A DNA stretch of 64,000 bases from positions 6,448,001-6,512,000 of the forward strand of contig NC_090363.1 in the NCBI RefSeq assembly GCF_035084215.1, given 5' to 3'. Shown here in pieces: positions 1 through 13,000 of this stretch (positions are counted from its first letter, which is position 1; each line of letters opens with the position of its first letter). The notes beneath the pieces are model-generated. The model made no database searches and was not told the origin of the DNA. It saw nothing but the letters and a program-made list of their open reading frames with translations. Position numbers and translations under genes: made by a program. Source of the DNA: Heptranchias perlo (lineage: Eukaryota).

Positions 1-1041
1 AAATCCTTATTTAAATGTATTTCTAATCATTTTAAAAGCTTTTTCCTTGGGTTATTTGTCTTTCTCGTCTGGTCCCAACGTTGGGTGAGCAGAGCCGGCC
101 GCTAGTGAACCAGAGCAATGTCAGACTGGGGTTTTAACTGGTGTGATCGGGGGACTCGGCGTGCAGATAATGCCGTTGGTGGCCGAACAGATAATTCAAC
201 AGAGGAACGCCAGGATATAATAGATCGCACAGCTTCTTTAAACCAGAGAAACAGCAGCAAATGCATAGAAACAGAGAGGGAGTTTCCTTCACATTTGCGC
301 CCAGATACACAAGTAAACCTGGGCGCAAAAACAATTATGTGGCTTAAAAGAGCGTGGGATTTCTGGGCGTAAGTGAGTTACGCACCTAATTACAATATTC
401 CAAGTCTCCTCAATCTTTTACCATCCAGTAAACCTTCCCTTCCAACCAATCTCCGCCAGCAAAACTGGTCCACGTCCCAGACTCTCAAATGCGAATATCC
501 TCCGGTTGCTCGTGTCGGTCCAGATTTTCAGGTCCAACAGGAGACAGTCATGTTGCTTTATTTTTAATTGCAATTTTTTAAACCTTTTAGAAAATATTAT
601 CACTGAGACCCGCACTGTATTATCTGTTTCTTATAATGCACATTTATGGCAAATATCAGTCACATTAATAATTGAAAAGCTTCCCCAATTGTAGGTTCCC
701 CAATTGCCCGAGGTGCATGAATGATGGGTGAATGAATTGAAACTTTTAATTTTAAGACTCAAGGAAGAAATATCCTGGTTTGGAGTTTCCTTGTGCCTCG
801 ATTGTTTACATCCATTTTAAGATGGGGCATATTCCAATGACATTGGGAGGATACTTGGCCGTAACTTGACATGGACATAATGAGCAAAGCTTCGGATGTA
901 ATTTTAGGGATGCATCCAAGGAGGAAATTCCTATGCTGATTGGCTTTCACCTTCACAGTTGCAATGGCATTTGTTGTTTTCTGGCCTCATCTGCTTACTT
1001 GGTGTCTTGTCTAATTTGTTTGTCCATCCACTGCAGGAAAA

Positions 1042-1084
1042 ATGCACCCAAGCCCCATCCTGTGGATATTTGCTGTCTTTTCCG
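1042..1084 (+). CDS. Gene A signal-peptide exon (MHPSPILWIFAVFS)
   Basis: ctgcag|gaaaaATG...TCC G|gtaagt. 43 nt, phase 1, same length as and homologous to the leader exons of genes B and C. Confidence 0.85.
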
Positions 1085-4000
1085 GTAAGTGGACATTCCA
1101 TTGTTTCTTAAGGATATAAGTCCGCCATGAGTGGTAGCTCATAAACGGGCGATGCCTCCTCCCTCCCTACTTCATCTCATCCTATCAGCATATCCTTCTA
1201 TTCCTTTCTCCCTCATGTGTTTATCTAGCTTCTCCTTAAAGGCATCAATCCAATCTCCTCAACTACTCCTTGTGGGAGCGAGTTCCACATTCTAACCACT
1301 CTCTGAGTAAAGAAGTTTCTCCTGAATTCCCTATTGGATTTATTAGTGATTATCTTATATTTATAGCCCCTAGTTCTGGTCTCCCCCCACAAGTGGAATA
1401 ATCTTCCCTACGTCTTCCCTAACAAACCCTTCCATTATCTTAAAGACCTCGATCAGGTCACCCCTCAGCCTTCTCTTTTCTAGAGAAAAGAGCCCCAGCC
1501 TGTTCGATCTTTCCTGATAGGTTCTGGTATCGCCCTTGTAAATGTTTGTTGCACCTTCTCCAGTGCCTCTGGATGCTTTTTATAATATGGAGTCCAGAAC
1601 TGTGCACAGTACTCTTAAGTGTGATCCAACCAAGATTCTATACAAGTTAAAGGTTAAGAAATTCTGCCAGGGCTAATAATTGAATGGACACTCTGTCTTA
1701 ATGATTGGTTCTGCGTATGCGACAGAGACGTGGATGTAGATTTTCAACTTGCCATCTGGTAAATCGACCAGTCAATCAGCAAGGCCAGTTTTAGGCCCAA
1801 CCAGCAAGCTATAGAATCAAACCGCTGGGGATCAGATTTGTTATTTGAATGAACTTCAGTAATGAGCACTAATGTATCACAGGTTGATGTACCATTACAA
1901 TTTTTTTTATATTCGTTCATGGGATGTGGCGAGGCCGGCATTTATTGCCCATCCCTAATTGCCCTTGAGAAGGTGGTGGTGAGCCGCCTTCTTGACAACT
2001 GAGTGGCCACATTTCAGAGAGCGATTAAGAATCAACCACATTTATGTGCGTCTGGAGTCACATATAGGCCAGACCGGGTAAGGACGGCAGGTTTCCTTCC
2101 CTAAAGGACATTAGTGAACCAGATGGGTTTTTACAAAAATCTGGTAGTTTCATGGCCACCATTACTGATACTAGTTTTTTTTAAAATGCAGATTTTATTT
2201 TTAATTAAATTAAAATTCCCAGTGACTATAGTGGGATTTGAACTCATAACTCTAGATTACCAATCCAGTAACATAACCACTATGCTACCAGACCCTTTTA
2301 ATGTAGATGCCTTTATGTGTTATTTTTATATTATTAAGGAGCTTAAGAAGTACATTCTACAGGGGAGGAAACTGTGAAAAGGTTGAGAGAGATGAGACCA
2401 ATTAAGTAATGCTTAGTTGAGGTAAATATTAGATTTTGAGAGTCTATCAATTATAAGAAGACAAGGAGGTGAGGAGCTATGAAGTCCGAGGAGAGAATGG
2501 GGTCGGGCAGGAGACAGCGCTGAATCCTGATTTCAACACAGGGAGGATACAGGGAGCCGGAACCACTCTCGTTTGCCTGGCCTCTCGACCATGAGGATGT
2601 CCTGCATATGGTCGGGGTGTTGAACTGCAAGTGAAGGGACTCTTAGTCAAGGGTAAAGGATCGATGAAATCCACTGATCGTAGAATGATACAGCACGGAG
2701 GAGGCCATTTGGCCCATCGTTCCTGTGCTGGCTGTTTGAAAGAGCTATCCAATTAGTCCCACTCCCCCTGCTGTTCCCCATAACCCTGCACTTTTTATTC
2801 CTTTTCAAGTATTTATCCAATTCCCTTTTGAAAGTTACTATTGAATCTGCTTCCACCGCCCTTTCAGGCAGTGCGTTCCGGATCATTACAACTCACTGTG
2901 TGAAAACACTTCTCCTCATCCCCACCCCCTGTGTTTTTTTAAACTCGTACACTTCATAACCATTGCTGCAAGACTATCTCCCAAATTTCCAACTTCCAGC
3001 TGCCAGAATGGCTTCCCTATGGGAAACTCCGATGGGAGAATCAACCCCTCAGCTGCAGAGAGGAGATTATTTAACCATTTTAAATAACTGGTTACTGACT
3101 GGGGGGTGAACTCGGACATGGGTGAGGGGACGTAAAACAGATGGAATCGCATTTGCTGCCTGCTATACCACACATCGGATATTCAATGTTATTATGGCAA
3201 TGGAACTTAATATCGGTGCAGCTTTTAACCATTTCTGCAAGACTGTCTCTCAAATGTGGAACTTCTAATCAGGTAAAATCGACTTTTATTGTTTGATTTC
3301 CAGGATTTAACGCTGAGAAGTTCACAGTTGTTCAAAAGGTGCCCAGTATTCTCGCAGAGGAAGGGCAGACAGTGCACCTCCCCTGTACCCACACACCCAA
3401 TGTCTCTGGGACAATATGGGCTTATTCCTGGTACAAGGACGCCAGAAATGGAACAGAAGTTTCCAACGGAACAGCAGGGTTCAGAGGTCGGATCTCCAGG
3501 CCTAAAGAAGATGATTTTTTTCATACCGGAGACGCTGCCATTCTAATAAAGGAGGTGAGACCGAACGATTCCGGGGTGTATTACTGCAAAGTGGCAATTA
3601 TGCAACACGGAGAGGAATATGGACCAGGAACAAATCTCACTGTGAGGGGTAAGTGATTCGCCTGCCTGCAACATCGTGCGACCAACGGGTGGGAGAATCG
3701 GCGCCACAATACTGTGTCCCTATCCCCGACTGGCGCCTCTGCCAGAATGGCTTCCCTATGGGGAACTCCAATGGCGGACTCGCCCCTCAGCTGCAGGGAG
3801 GAGACTATTTAACCATTTTGAATAACTGGTTACTGACTGGGGGGTGAACTCGGACACGGGCGGGGGGGGACGCAAAACAGATGGAATCGCGTTTGTCGCA
3901 CACCCGATATTCAAAGCTATTGATGGCAATGGATGTTAATATCGGGCGCAGCGTGTAACGGGCGACCGATGCCAGAGCGCCTGTTTTTGCATCCACGCTG

Positions 4001-7000
4001 GTGGCCAATCTCACGGCCACGGGGTCCAAACAGCGCGGAGAAATTTAATGGGAAGGTATTAACAGCTGAGTTAAAAATAACACACGACAGAAATCAAGTC
4101 TATTGGTTGGTACCATGGTTATAAAGACGGGGACGGGCCTGACAAAAACAAGCCCATATTGGACTTCGAACCAATATCCGACTCACTGCCCTGCTCTGCC
4201 CTCTGACCGAGGGCGGGTCGTGCCTTTTGGTGGCCGGTGAGTGTTGTCGCTAATCAGGACTGCGCCCTGAAAGTTGGCCCCTCGTAACCGTTTCTGCAAG
4301 ACTGTCTCTCAAAGTTCCAACTTCCAATCAGGGTAAGATCGACTTTTATTGTTTGATTTCCAGGATTTAACCCTGAGAAGTTCACAGTTGTTCAAAAGGT
4401 GCCCAGTATTCTCGCAGAGGAAGGGCAGACAGTGCACCTCCCCTGTACCCACACATCCAATGTCTCTGGGACAATATGGGCTTATTCCTGGTACAAGGAC
4501 TCCAGAAATGGAACAGAAGTTTCCAACGGAACAGCAGGGTTCAGAGGTCGGATCTCCAGGCCTAAAGAAGATTATTTTTTTCATACCGGAGACGCTTCCA
4601 TTCTAATAAAGGAGGTGAGACCGAACGATTCCGGGGTGTATTACTGCAAAGTGGAAATTGTTAAACACGGAGAGGAATATGGACCAGGAACAAATCTCAC
4701 TGTGAGGGGTAAGTGATTCGCCTGCCTGCAATATCGTGCGACCAACGGGTGGGAGAATTGGCGCCACAATACTGTGTCCCTATCCCCGACTGGCGCCTCT
4801 GCCAGAATGGCTTCCCTATGGGGAATTCCAATGGCGGACTCGCCCCTCAGCTGCAGGGAGGAGATTATTTAACCATTTTAAATAACTGGTTACTGACTGG
4901 GGGGTGAACTCGGACACGGGCGGGGGGACGCAAAACAGATGGAATTGCGTTTGCCGCCCGCGATACCACACACCCGATATTCAAAGCTATTGATGGCAAT
5001 GGTGATGATCCGGATTCTTTCCCCTCAGTCTGGTTCAGTAAAAACTGAGTCGAGTACATTTTAAAGTTCATCACAACTTTAATAGCAGGGTTCTTAGTCT
5101 GCAGCATTGATTTGGACTCCTGATAAAGTCCCTCTATGCTGGCAGAGCAAGAACAAGAAACATACAGAAATCCACACGTTTTTATACAGATCAGTAGGGG
5201 TTGGAACATACTTAACGAGGGTCAACACCAATCATAAGCCGGGCATAGGTTGCCATGCGAGGTTACATTATTGCCGGCCAATCATAGATCGTCCATGTGC
5301 TGATCATGCTGCTGTTAGACATCAAAGGGGATAACTTCCTCACCTTCCAACCTGGAATGTTCTTTCCTGTTCCTTCTGTTCCTTATCTCCCAACTTGGAA
5401 TGTCTTTCAACTTTGGCTAAGCTCGTTACCTATATTGATCTTCCATAAACATGGAGACATTCAGACCAGTCCTTGAATCACATCAAAGACTCTACATTGA
5501 TAAGACAATGCAAACCTGCTGACTACGCAAACATATGGCCCAGCAGGAGGCCAGGCCACCTGTACCAATCTCAGTTACTAACTAATTAACCCTTTCTAAC
5601 CATTTTGCATTCTGCTTCTTTGCCACGTAGGCATCTTAATATTTTACCGAAAACTGACCACGTTGGGATTCTCATTGGATGTTAATATCGGGCGCAGCGT
5701 GTAACGGGCGACCGATGCCAGAGCGCCTGTTTTGCGTCCATGCTGGTGGCCAATCTCACGGCCACGGGGTCTAAACAGCGTGGAGAAATTTAATGGGAAG
5801 GTATTAACAGCTGAGTTAAAAATAAGACACGTCAGAAATCAAATCTGTTGGTTGGTACCATGGTTATAAAGACGGGGACGGGCCTGACAAAAACAAGCCC
5901 ATATTGGACTTCGAACCAATATCCGACTCACTGCCCTGCTCTGCCCTCTGACCGAGGGCGGGTCGTGCCTTTTGGTGGCCGGTGAGTGTTGTCGCTAATC
6001 GGGACTGCGCCCTGAAAGTTGGCCCCTCGTAACCGTTTCTGCAAGACTGTCTCTCAACGTTCCAACTCCCAATCGGGTTAAGACTGACTTTTATTGTTTG
6101 ATTTCCAGGATTTAACCCTGAAAAGTTCACAGTTGTTCAAAACGTGCCCAGTATTCTCGCAGAGGAAGGGCAGACAGTGCACCTCCCCTGCTCCCACACA
6201 TCCAATGTCTCTGGGACAATATGGGCTTATTCCTGGTACAAGGACTCCAGAAATGGAACAGAAGTTTCCAACGGAACAGCAGGGTTCAGAGGTCGGATCT
6301 CCAGGCCTAAAGAAGATGATTTTTTTCATACCGGAGACGCTTCCATTCTAATAAAGGATGTGAGAGTGAGCGATTCCGGGGTGTATTACTGCAAAGTGGC
6401 AATTATGCAACACGGAGAGGAATATGGACCAGGAACAAATCTCACTGTGAGGGGTAAGTGATTCGCCTGCCTGCAATATCGTGCGACCAACGGGTGGGAG
6501 AATCAGCGCCACAATACTGTGTCCCTATCCCCGACTGGCGCCTCTGCCAGAATGGCTTCCCTATGGGGAACTCCAATGGCGGACTCGCCCCTCAGCTACA
6601 GGGAGGAGAATATTTAACCATTTTAAATAACTGGTTACTGATCAGAGGTGAAATTGGACTTAGCGGCGACGCAAAACAGGCAGAATCGCTTTTGCGGACT
6701 GTCGTACCACACCCCCGATAGTCAATGCTATTGATGTCTAAGAAAATTAATATCAGCAGGAGAGAATAACCGGCTTCTGATGCGATGCTGCCTGTTTTGC
6801 GCCCCCCCAAGTAGGTCAGACAGTGCCCTTTCATAATGGGGTGGATCATACAAGGGGTTCGACACTGTCCTTTCCCCCTCTGGGACTGGGTGGTACAGTG
6901 GGTCAGACACTGTCCTTTCCCCCTCTGGGACTGGGTGGTACAGTGGGTCACACACTGTCCTTTCCCCTCTGGGACTGGGCGGTACAGTGGGTCAGACACT

Positions 7001-10000
7001 GTCCTTTCCCCCTCTGGGACTGGGTGGTACAGTGGGTCACACACTGTCCTTTCCCCTCTGGGACTGGGCGGTACAGTGGGTCAGACACTGACCTTTCCCC
7101 CTCTGGGACTGGGTGGTACAGTGGGTCACACACTGTCCTTTCCCCCTCTGGGACTGGGTGGTGCAGTGGGTCAGACACTGTCCTTTCCCCCTCTGGGACT
7201 GGGTGGTACAGTGGGTCAGACACTGTCCTTTCCCCCTCTGGGACAGGGCGGGGTGGATTCTAACTTGTTCTGCCCATTATAAATGGGGTAGTTGCAGCAT
7301 TAAGATAGCGTTTACCAGTTAATGCCCGCTCTCCCACCGACATGCCGAGTGTCCGCCTGTTTCAGTTAGTAGGAACTTTAAATATGCAAATTAGAGTGTT
7401 ATACCCTGCACAGGATCCTGATTACCATTTTGGGAGGCAACTGTGCAGTTTATTCTAAAATCACCAAAAGCAAGTGGACAGGTACGAAACATAATCTAAA
7501 AAGCTTATGGAATGTTGGCCTTTATTGCAAAGGGGGCATCAATACAAAGGGGTTGTAATTATGTTACAGGTCAATAAAGCCCTGGTTAGACCGCACCTGG
7601 AATAATGTGATCAGCTCTGGGCACCACACCTCAGGGAGGATATATTGGCCTTGGAGGGAGTGCAGTGTGTGGATTCACCAGAATATGGTTAAATAATGAG
7701 GACAGGCTGCACAGACTAGTCTCGTATTCCCTTGATTATAGAAGATTAAGGGGTGATCTAATTGAGGTGCTTAAGATGGTTAAAGGGTTTTACAGGGTGC
7801 ATAAAGAAAAACTATTCCCTCTGTTGCGGGGAGTGCAGAACAAGGGGGCGTAACCTTTAAATTAGAGCCAGGCCGTTTGGGGGTGATGTCAGGAAGCGTT
7901 TCTTCACACAAAGGGGAGTGGAAATCTGGAACTCTCTCCCCCAAAAAGCTGTTGAGGCCGGAGGGGATCAATAGCAAATTTCAAAACTGCGATTGATAGA
8001 TTTTTGTTAGGTAAAGGGTATTCCGGGCTCTGGAACGGAGGCGGGTAGCTGGAGTTAAGATACAGATCAGCCATGATCTAATTAAATGGGGAACAGGCTC
8101 GAGGGGCTGAGTGGCCTGCTCCTGGTCCTGTGTTCTGATCTGATTTGCTTTCTCCTCCACAGAGAAAACAAAATCAATCCCGGCTGTATTGTTAATCCTG
8201 TTCATCAGTGTAGGGGTGGAAGCGAGTGTCCTTCTAATCGTTGTACTCCTCTGCCTGAAGTTCCAAAGAATGAAAGGTAAGGGTGGTCATCATTTGCTGT
8301 TTGAAAAACGCTAGGGCCTTGAAACTGTGCGGAGGGAACATTGACAGCTGAATACTTAAGGCAGAAGTATCTAATCTGCAGCCCTAGCGGTACGGTGGCA
8401 AGTGGGTATGTTGGTGTAGTGGTGTTGGCACTGGACCAGTGAGCCAGTGGCCGCGAGTTAGAACCACACCATCGCTGGCTGTGAGGTTAAATTTAATAAA
8501 TGGGTTAAATTAGCAGCAGGGGAAAATGGCGTTGAAAGTTACGAGATTTTTGTACAAACCCAGTTGGGAATGTGTCATGGCGTCCTGGACTACAAGTAAC
8601 ATCAGTTGACACTTGGTGCTGTCTCAAGTACGAGCGACTTAGTTATAACAGCAACTGCTTCGAGAAAAGGCCCACCACCTTCTCAGGGAAACGAAAGAGG
8701 GGTAATAAAGGTCACCTACACGAACAAATAAAAAGGGTCATTTTAAACTAACTCGCTGGGCGGGAGTCCCAAGGGATCGGGTGGATCGCTAGTTTTAGAC
8801 CCAGGCCAATATTACTTCCTGTTGGCTTCAATGGAGAGTAAAATCGAGTGGGATGTCAAACCAGCGTTGCCCCCCCCCCAATCCGGTCAGTTTCCAGACG
8901 GGCGGGTTAGGTTAAAATTGCCCCCATGTTCGTCCTGAGAGCCAGTAACGCAACCTTTGTAGCCAACGAAACGTAACGCCATTTTGTGTGTAATGGGGCA
9001 GAAATCCATCTCGTGCAGGTCGACTTAAATGGGCAGGACGTTCAGCAGGCGGCCAATGCGATACTGTGCAAGGTGAATTTCTACGATGTTTCTCAGTTTG
9101 GTGGGTCTCGAGTTTTTTTTTGAAAAGAGCTGATTTTTAAAAAAAACTTACTGTTGTTTGGTTGCTGGATAAATCCTTAATCACCAACATCTGTCCGTAG
9201 GAGCAAGTTGAGACAATTGCAAATTAATGGGTCGTGGATTTAGACTTTACATGGGAGTCCCCTCCCCAAGTCGCAGTGGTACACACCTGTGTGGACCAGG
9301 AGGACTAAAGCTTGGACACCCTCTGCTCTGTGTCCATATTACATTTCTTATGCTTGACACTATGCTGTCAAAAACAGGTGTATGAAGGTTTAATGGGTTT
9401 GTGTGAAGTTGTTTTCTCCATTAGCATAACATAAAGCATAGTTGTCCAATGAACAGATTAACCCCTCCCTCAAAATAGCAGACTAGGGAATTTAGTTAGA
9501 ACCTATTGAACAATTGCATAGTGATAAGCCCTAAGACATTCCCTTTGATTTAGAATATTAATAATTGCGTACAAATTACAGCACAGAAACATAGGAACTT
9601 AGGAACAGGAGTAGGTCATTTAGCCCCTCGAGCCTATTCCTCCATTCAATGAGATCATGGTTGATCTGTGACCTAACTCCATTTACCCGCCTTAGCCCCA
9701 TATCCCTTAATACCTTTGGTTAACAACAATCTACCAATCTCAGATTTAAAATTAACAATTGAGCTAGCATCAACTGCCATTTGCGGAAGAGCGTTCCAAA
9801 CCTCTACCACCCTTTGTGTGTAGAAGTGTTTTCTAATCTCACTCCTGAAGGTCCTGGATCTAATTTTTATGCTACGTCCCCTAGTCCTAGAATCCCCAAC
9901 CAGCGGAAATAGTTTCTTTCTTGCCACCTTATTAGTTCCCTTAATGTCTTGAAAACTTCGATCAAATCACCCCTTAATCTTCTAAATTCCTGGGAACACA

Positions 10001-13000
10001 ACCCTAGTTTGTGCAACCCCTCCTTGTTAATTAACCCTTGGAATCCAGGTATCATTCTGATAAATCTACGCTGCACTCCCTCCAAGGCCAATATATCCTT
10101 CCTAAGGTGTGAACACAGTACTCCAGGCGTGGTCTAACCAGGGCTTTGTATAGCTGTAGCATAACTTCTACCCTTAGTCCTCGAGATATAAAGGCCATTA
10201 GCCTTTTTGATTATTTTCTGTACCTGGCCATTCAGCCCAACTGGCTTATGCCGGTGTTTATGCTGCACACGAGCCTTCTATCACCCTGCTTTATATCACC
10301 CTATCAGCAGAACCTGCTATTCTTGGGTACTTATCTAGCTTCCCCTTAAATGCATCTATGCTATTCGCCTCAACTACTCCATGTGGTAGCAAGTTCCACA
10401 TTCTAACCACTCTCTGGGTAAAGATGTTTCTCCTGAATTCCTTATTAGTTTTATTAGTGACTATCTTATATTTATGACCTCTAGTTTTGGATTTCCCCCA
10501 TATGCAGAAACATCTTCTCAATGTCTACCCTATCAAATTTTCAAGACTTCTATTAGGTCACCCCTCAGCCTTCTCTTTTCTAGAAATACATTTTAAAATT
10601 AAATAGATTTTAAAGAATAAAAGAAACAACATGCATTGATGCAGTACTTTATCACGTCTCTCATACATGTTGAACCGCTTCACACAATGGATTATTTTGA
10701 AGTGAATTCACTATTTTTACCTGGGCAAGAATGGCAATGATAAGAAATAAGAGAGAAGAAATGTCAAGTATTTCACAATCCACTTTTCTTTCTTATCTCC
10801 CTTTTCATTAGGCATTCGACAGGCTCAAAGGTGGGTAGTTGTCAGCAAACATACATTCATATGATAAGAAATGGGCAGTCAACACATGTCAGCACAGGCC
10901 GTTCACCTCTTTCATTTCCTTGCTCTGCAGACAAGGAACTGTTTTTCCAGAAGTCACTTACGTGCCGGGTAAGTACAGCTGGTTTTGATTCCTGGGACAA
11001 ACAATATAAGTTTCTATGGGGATATTTTTTAGAATCATACAGTGCACAAGGAGGCCATTCATGCCCATGCCGCCTCCTTGAAAAGGCTTTCCAATTAGTC
11101 CCACTCCCCTGCTCTTTCCCCGTAGCCCTGTAATTTTCCCCCTTCAAGGATTTATCCAATTCCCTTTTGAAAGTTACTATTGAATCTGCTTCCACCGCCC
11201 TTTCAGGCAGTGCATTCCAGATCAGAACAACTCGCTGTGTAAAAACATTCTCCTCATCTCCCCTCTGCTACTTTTGCCAATTACCTTAAATCCGTGTCCT
11301 CTGGTTACCGACCCTCCTGAGAGTGGAAACAGTTTCTCCTTATTTACTTTATCAAAGCCGCTCATAATTTTGAACACCTCGATTAAATCTCCCATTAACC
11401 TTCTCTGCTCTAAGGAGAACAACCCCAGCTTCTCCAGTCTCGCCACATAACTGAAGTCTCTCATCCCTGGTACCGTTCTAATAAATCTCCCCTGCACCCC
11501 TCTCCAAGGCCTTGACATCCTTCCTAAAGTGTGGTGCCCAGAATTGGACACAATGCTCCAACTGAGACCTAACCAGTGATTAGAGCCCAGTTATTACTAT
11601 TTGTGATATCAGTGTATGAATACCTGGGACATTGGGCGTTGGATAGATTAAGTAGAATGGGCCTATACTCACAGGAGTTTAGAAGAATGAGAGGTAATCT
11701 TATTGAAACATATAAGATTCTGAGGGGGCTTGACAGGGTAGATGATTATAGGTTGTTTTCCCTGGCTGACGAGTCTAGAACTAGGGGGCATAGTCTCAGG
11801 ATAAGGGGTCGGCCATCTAAGACTGAAATGAGAAGGAATTTCTTCACTCAGAGGATTGTGAATCTTTGGAATTCTCTACCCCAGAGGGCTGTGGATGCTG
11901 AGTCATTGAATATATTCAAGACTGAGATAGATTTTTGAACTCTAAGGGAATCAAGGGATATGGGGATCGGGCGGGAAAGTGGATTTGAGGCCGAAGATCA
12001 GCCATGATCTTATTGAATGGCGGAGCAGGCTCGAGGGGCCGTATGGCCTACTCCTGCTCCTATTGCTTATGTTCTTATTGTTCTGTCTGCTCTTTTAAGA
12101 GATATTGAGGGCGAAATTTAGACATGGGTGGGGAAACAAAATAAGTGAAATCGGATTTGCTGACCATTGTGAGCCAGACCAGATAGTCAGTTCTATTGAA
12201 GTCTGTGCAACTGAATATTGGGTGTGTTTTATATATAAAACGGGTGACCCACATGATACCGCCTGGTTTGTGTTCATGTTCATGTCTAATCTCACCCTCC
12301 CACATTGAGGAAAACCATTTGTCGGGCAATCGGAAAGACGTTCTTTTTGAGTGTGTTTATTTACTGCACGTAGTGAACAGAATAAATCTTCGTCATTTAT
12401 TTCACACGGGCTATTTCTCCTTTTGATACAACAGACACAGGAATTTGTTAACAATATGTTACGTGTTCATATACGGACTGTAAGTTCGAGGCTATTTTTC
12501 CCCAATGTTTCAACTGCAAATGAGAGAAAACATTAAATTATCGCTCGAGTTTTAACTTACACTTGAATTGACCGAGTGCAACTACAGCCTTATAGCATTT
12601 TTTTGAAGTTGGATTTTTGTAGTTTTAAAGCAACTCAGTCAGACACTCCAGGATGCCTCAGTGGTTCGGATTTTGGGGGTAATTTTAACCTAACTCGCCA
12701 GGCGAGAATCCCATGGGATCAGGTGGAATGGCGATTCTACCCCACGCCAAATATTACTTTCCGTTTACTTGATTGGAGCGTTAAATTGGGCAGGGTGTAA
12801 AACCAACGTTTCATCCAATCCAGTCAGCTTTCCAATGGGCGGGTTAATTTAAAATTGTTCCCCCAATTGCCTTTTTTGAAATGTATAATTCACTTTGTTT
12901 TTGTAAAATGCGGTCAGTTGCTTTGCCAAACATTATCTGCTGAAAGCATTTCTTAAAATGCAAGGTTTACAATGAAACTTAATTAAAAAAAAACACGTCC

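Larger units (their letters stand above)
2996..6650 (+). repeat. Tandem duplication units (about 1.06 kb) each carrying one V exon plus intronic flanks
   Basis: Flanks recur with the V exons, e.g. tgccagaatggcttccctatggg at about 3001, 3740, 4800 and 6545. Confidence 0.9.

Noticed and set aside
3638-3644. CACTGTG heptamer at the end of each gene A V exon, suggesting a RAG recombination signal
   Set aside because: It encodes L-T-V of the G strand, I saw no correctly spaced nonamer, and V and J-like parts are already joined in one exon. This is not a rearranging TCR/Ig locus.
6861-7250. CRISPR-like regular repeats
   Set aside because: Head-to-tail units with no unique spacers, in a eukaryotic intron.
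6592-7322. Several 70-150 aa ORFs on both strands
   Set aside because: They are translations of the 45-bp minisatellite.
12435-12479. Exon-like segment (caacag|...ACT|gtaagt) in a gene A intron
   Set aside because: It contains a TAA in the phase-1 frame required at this position; at most a poison exon, with no support.
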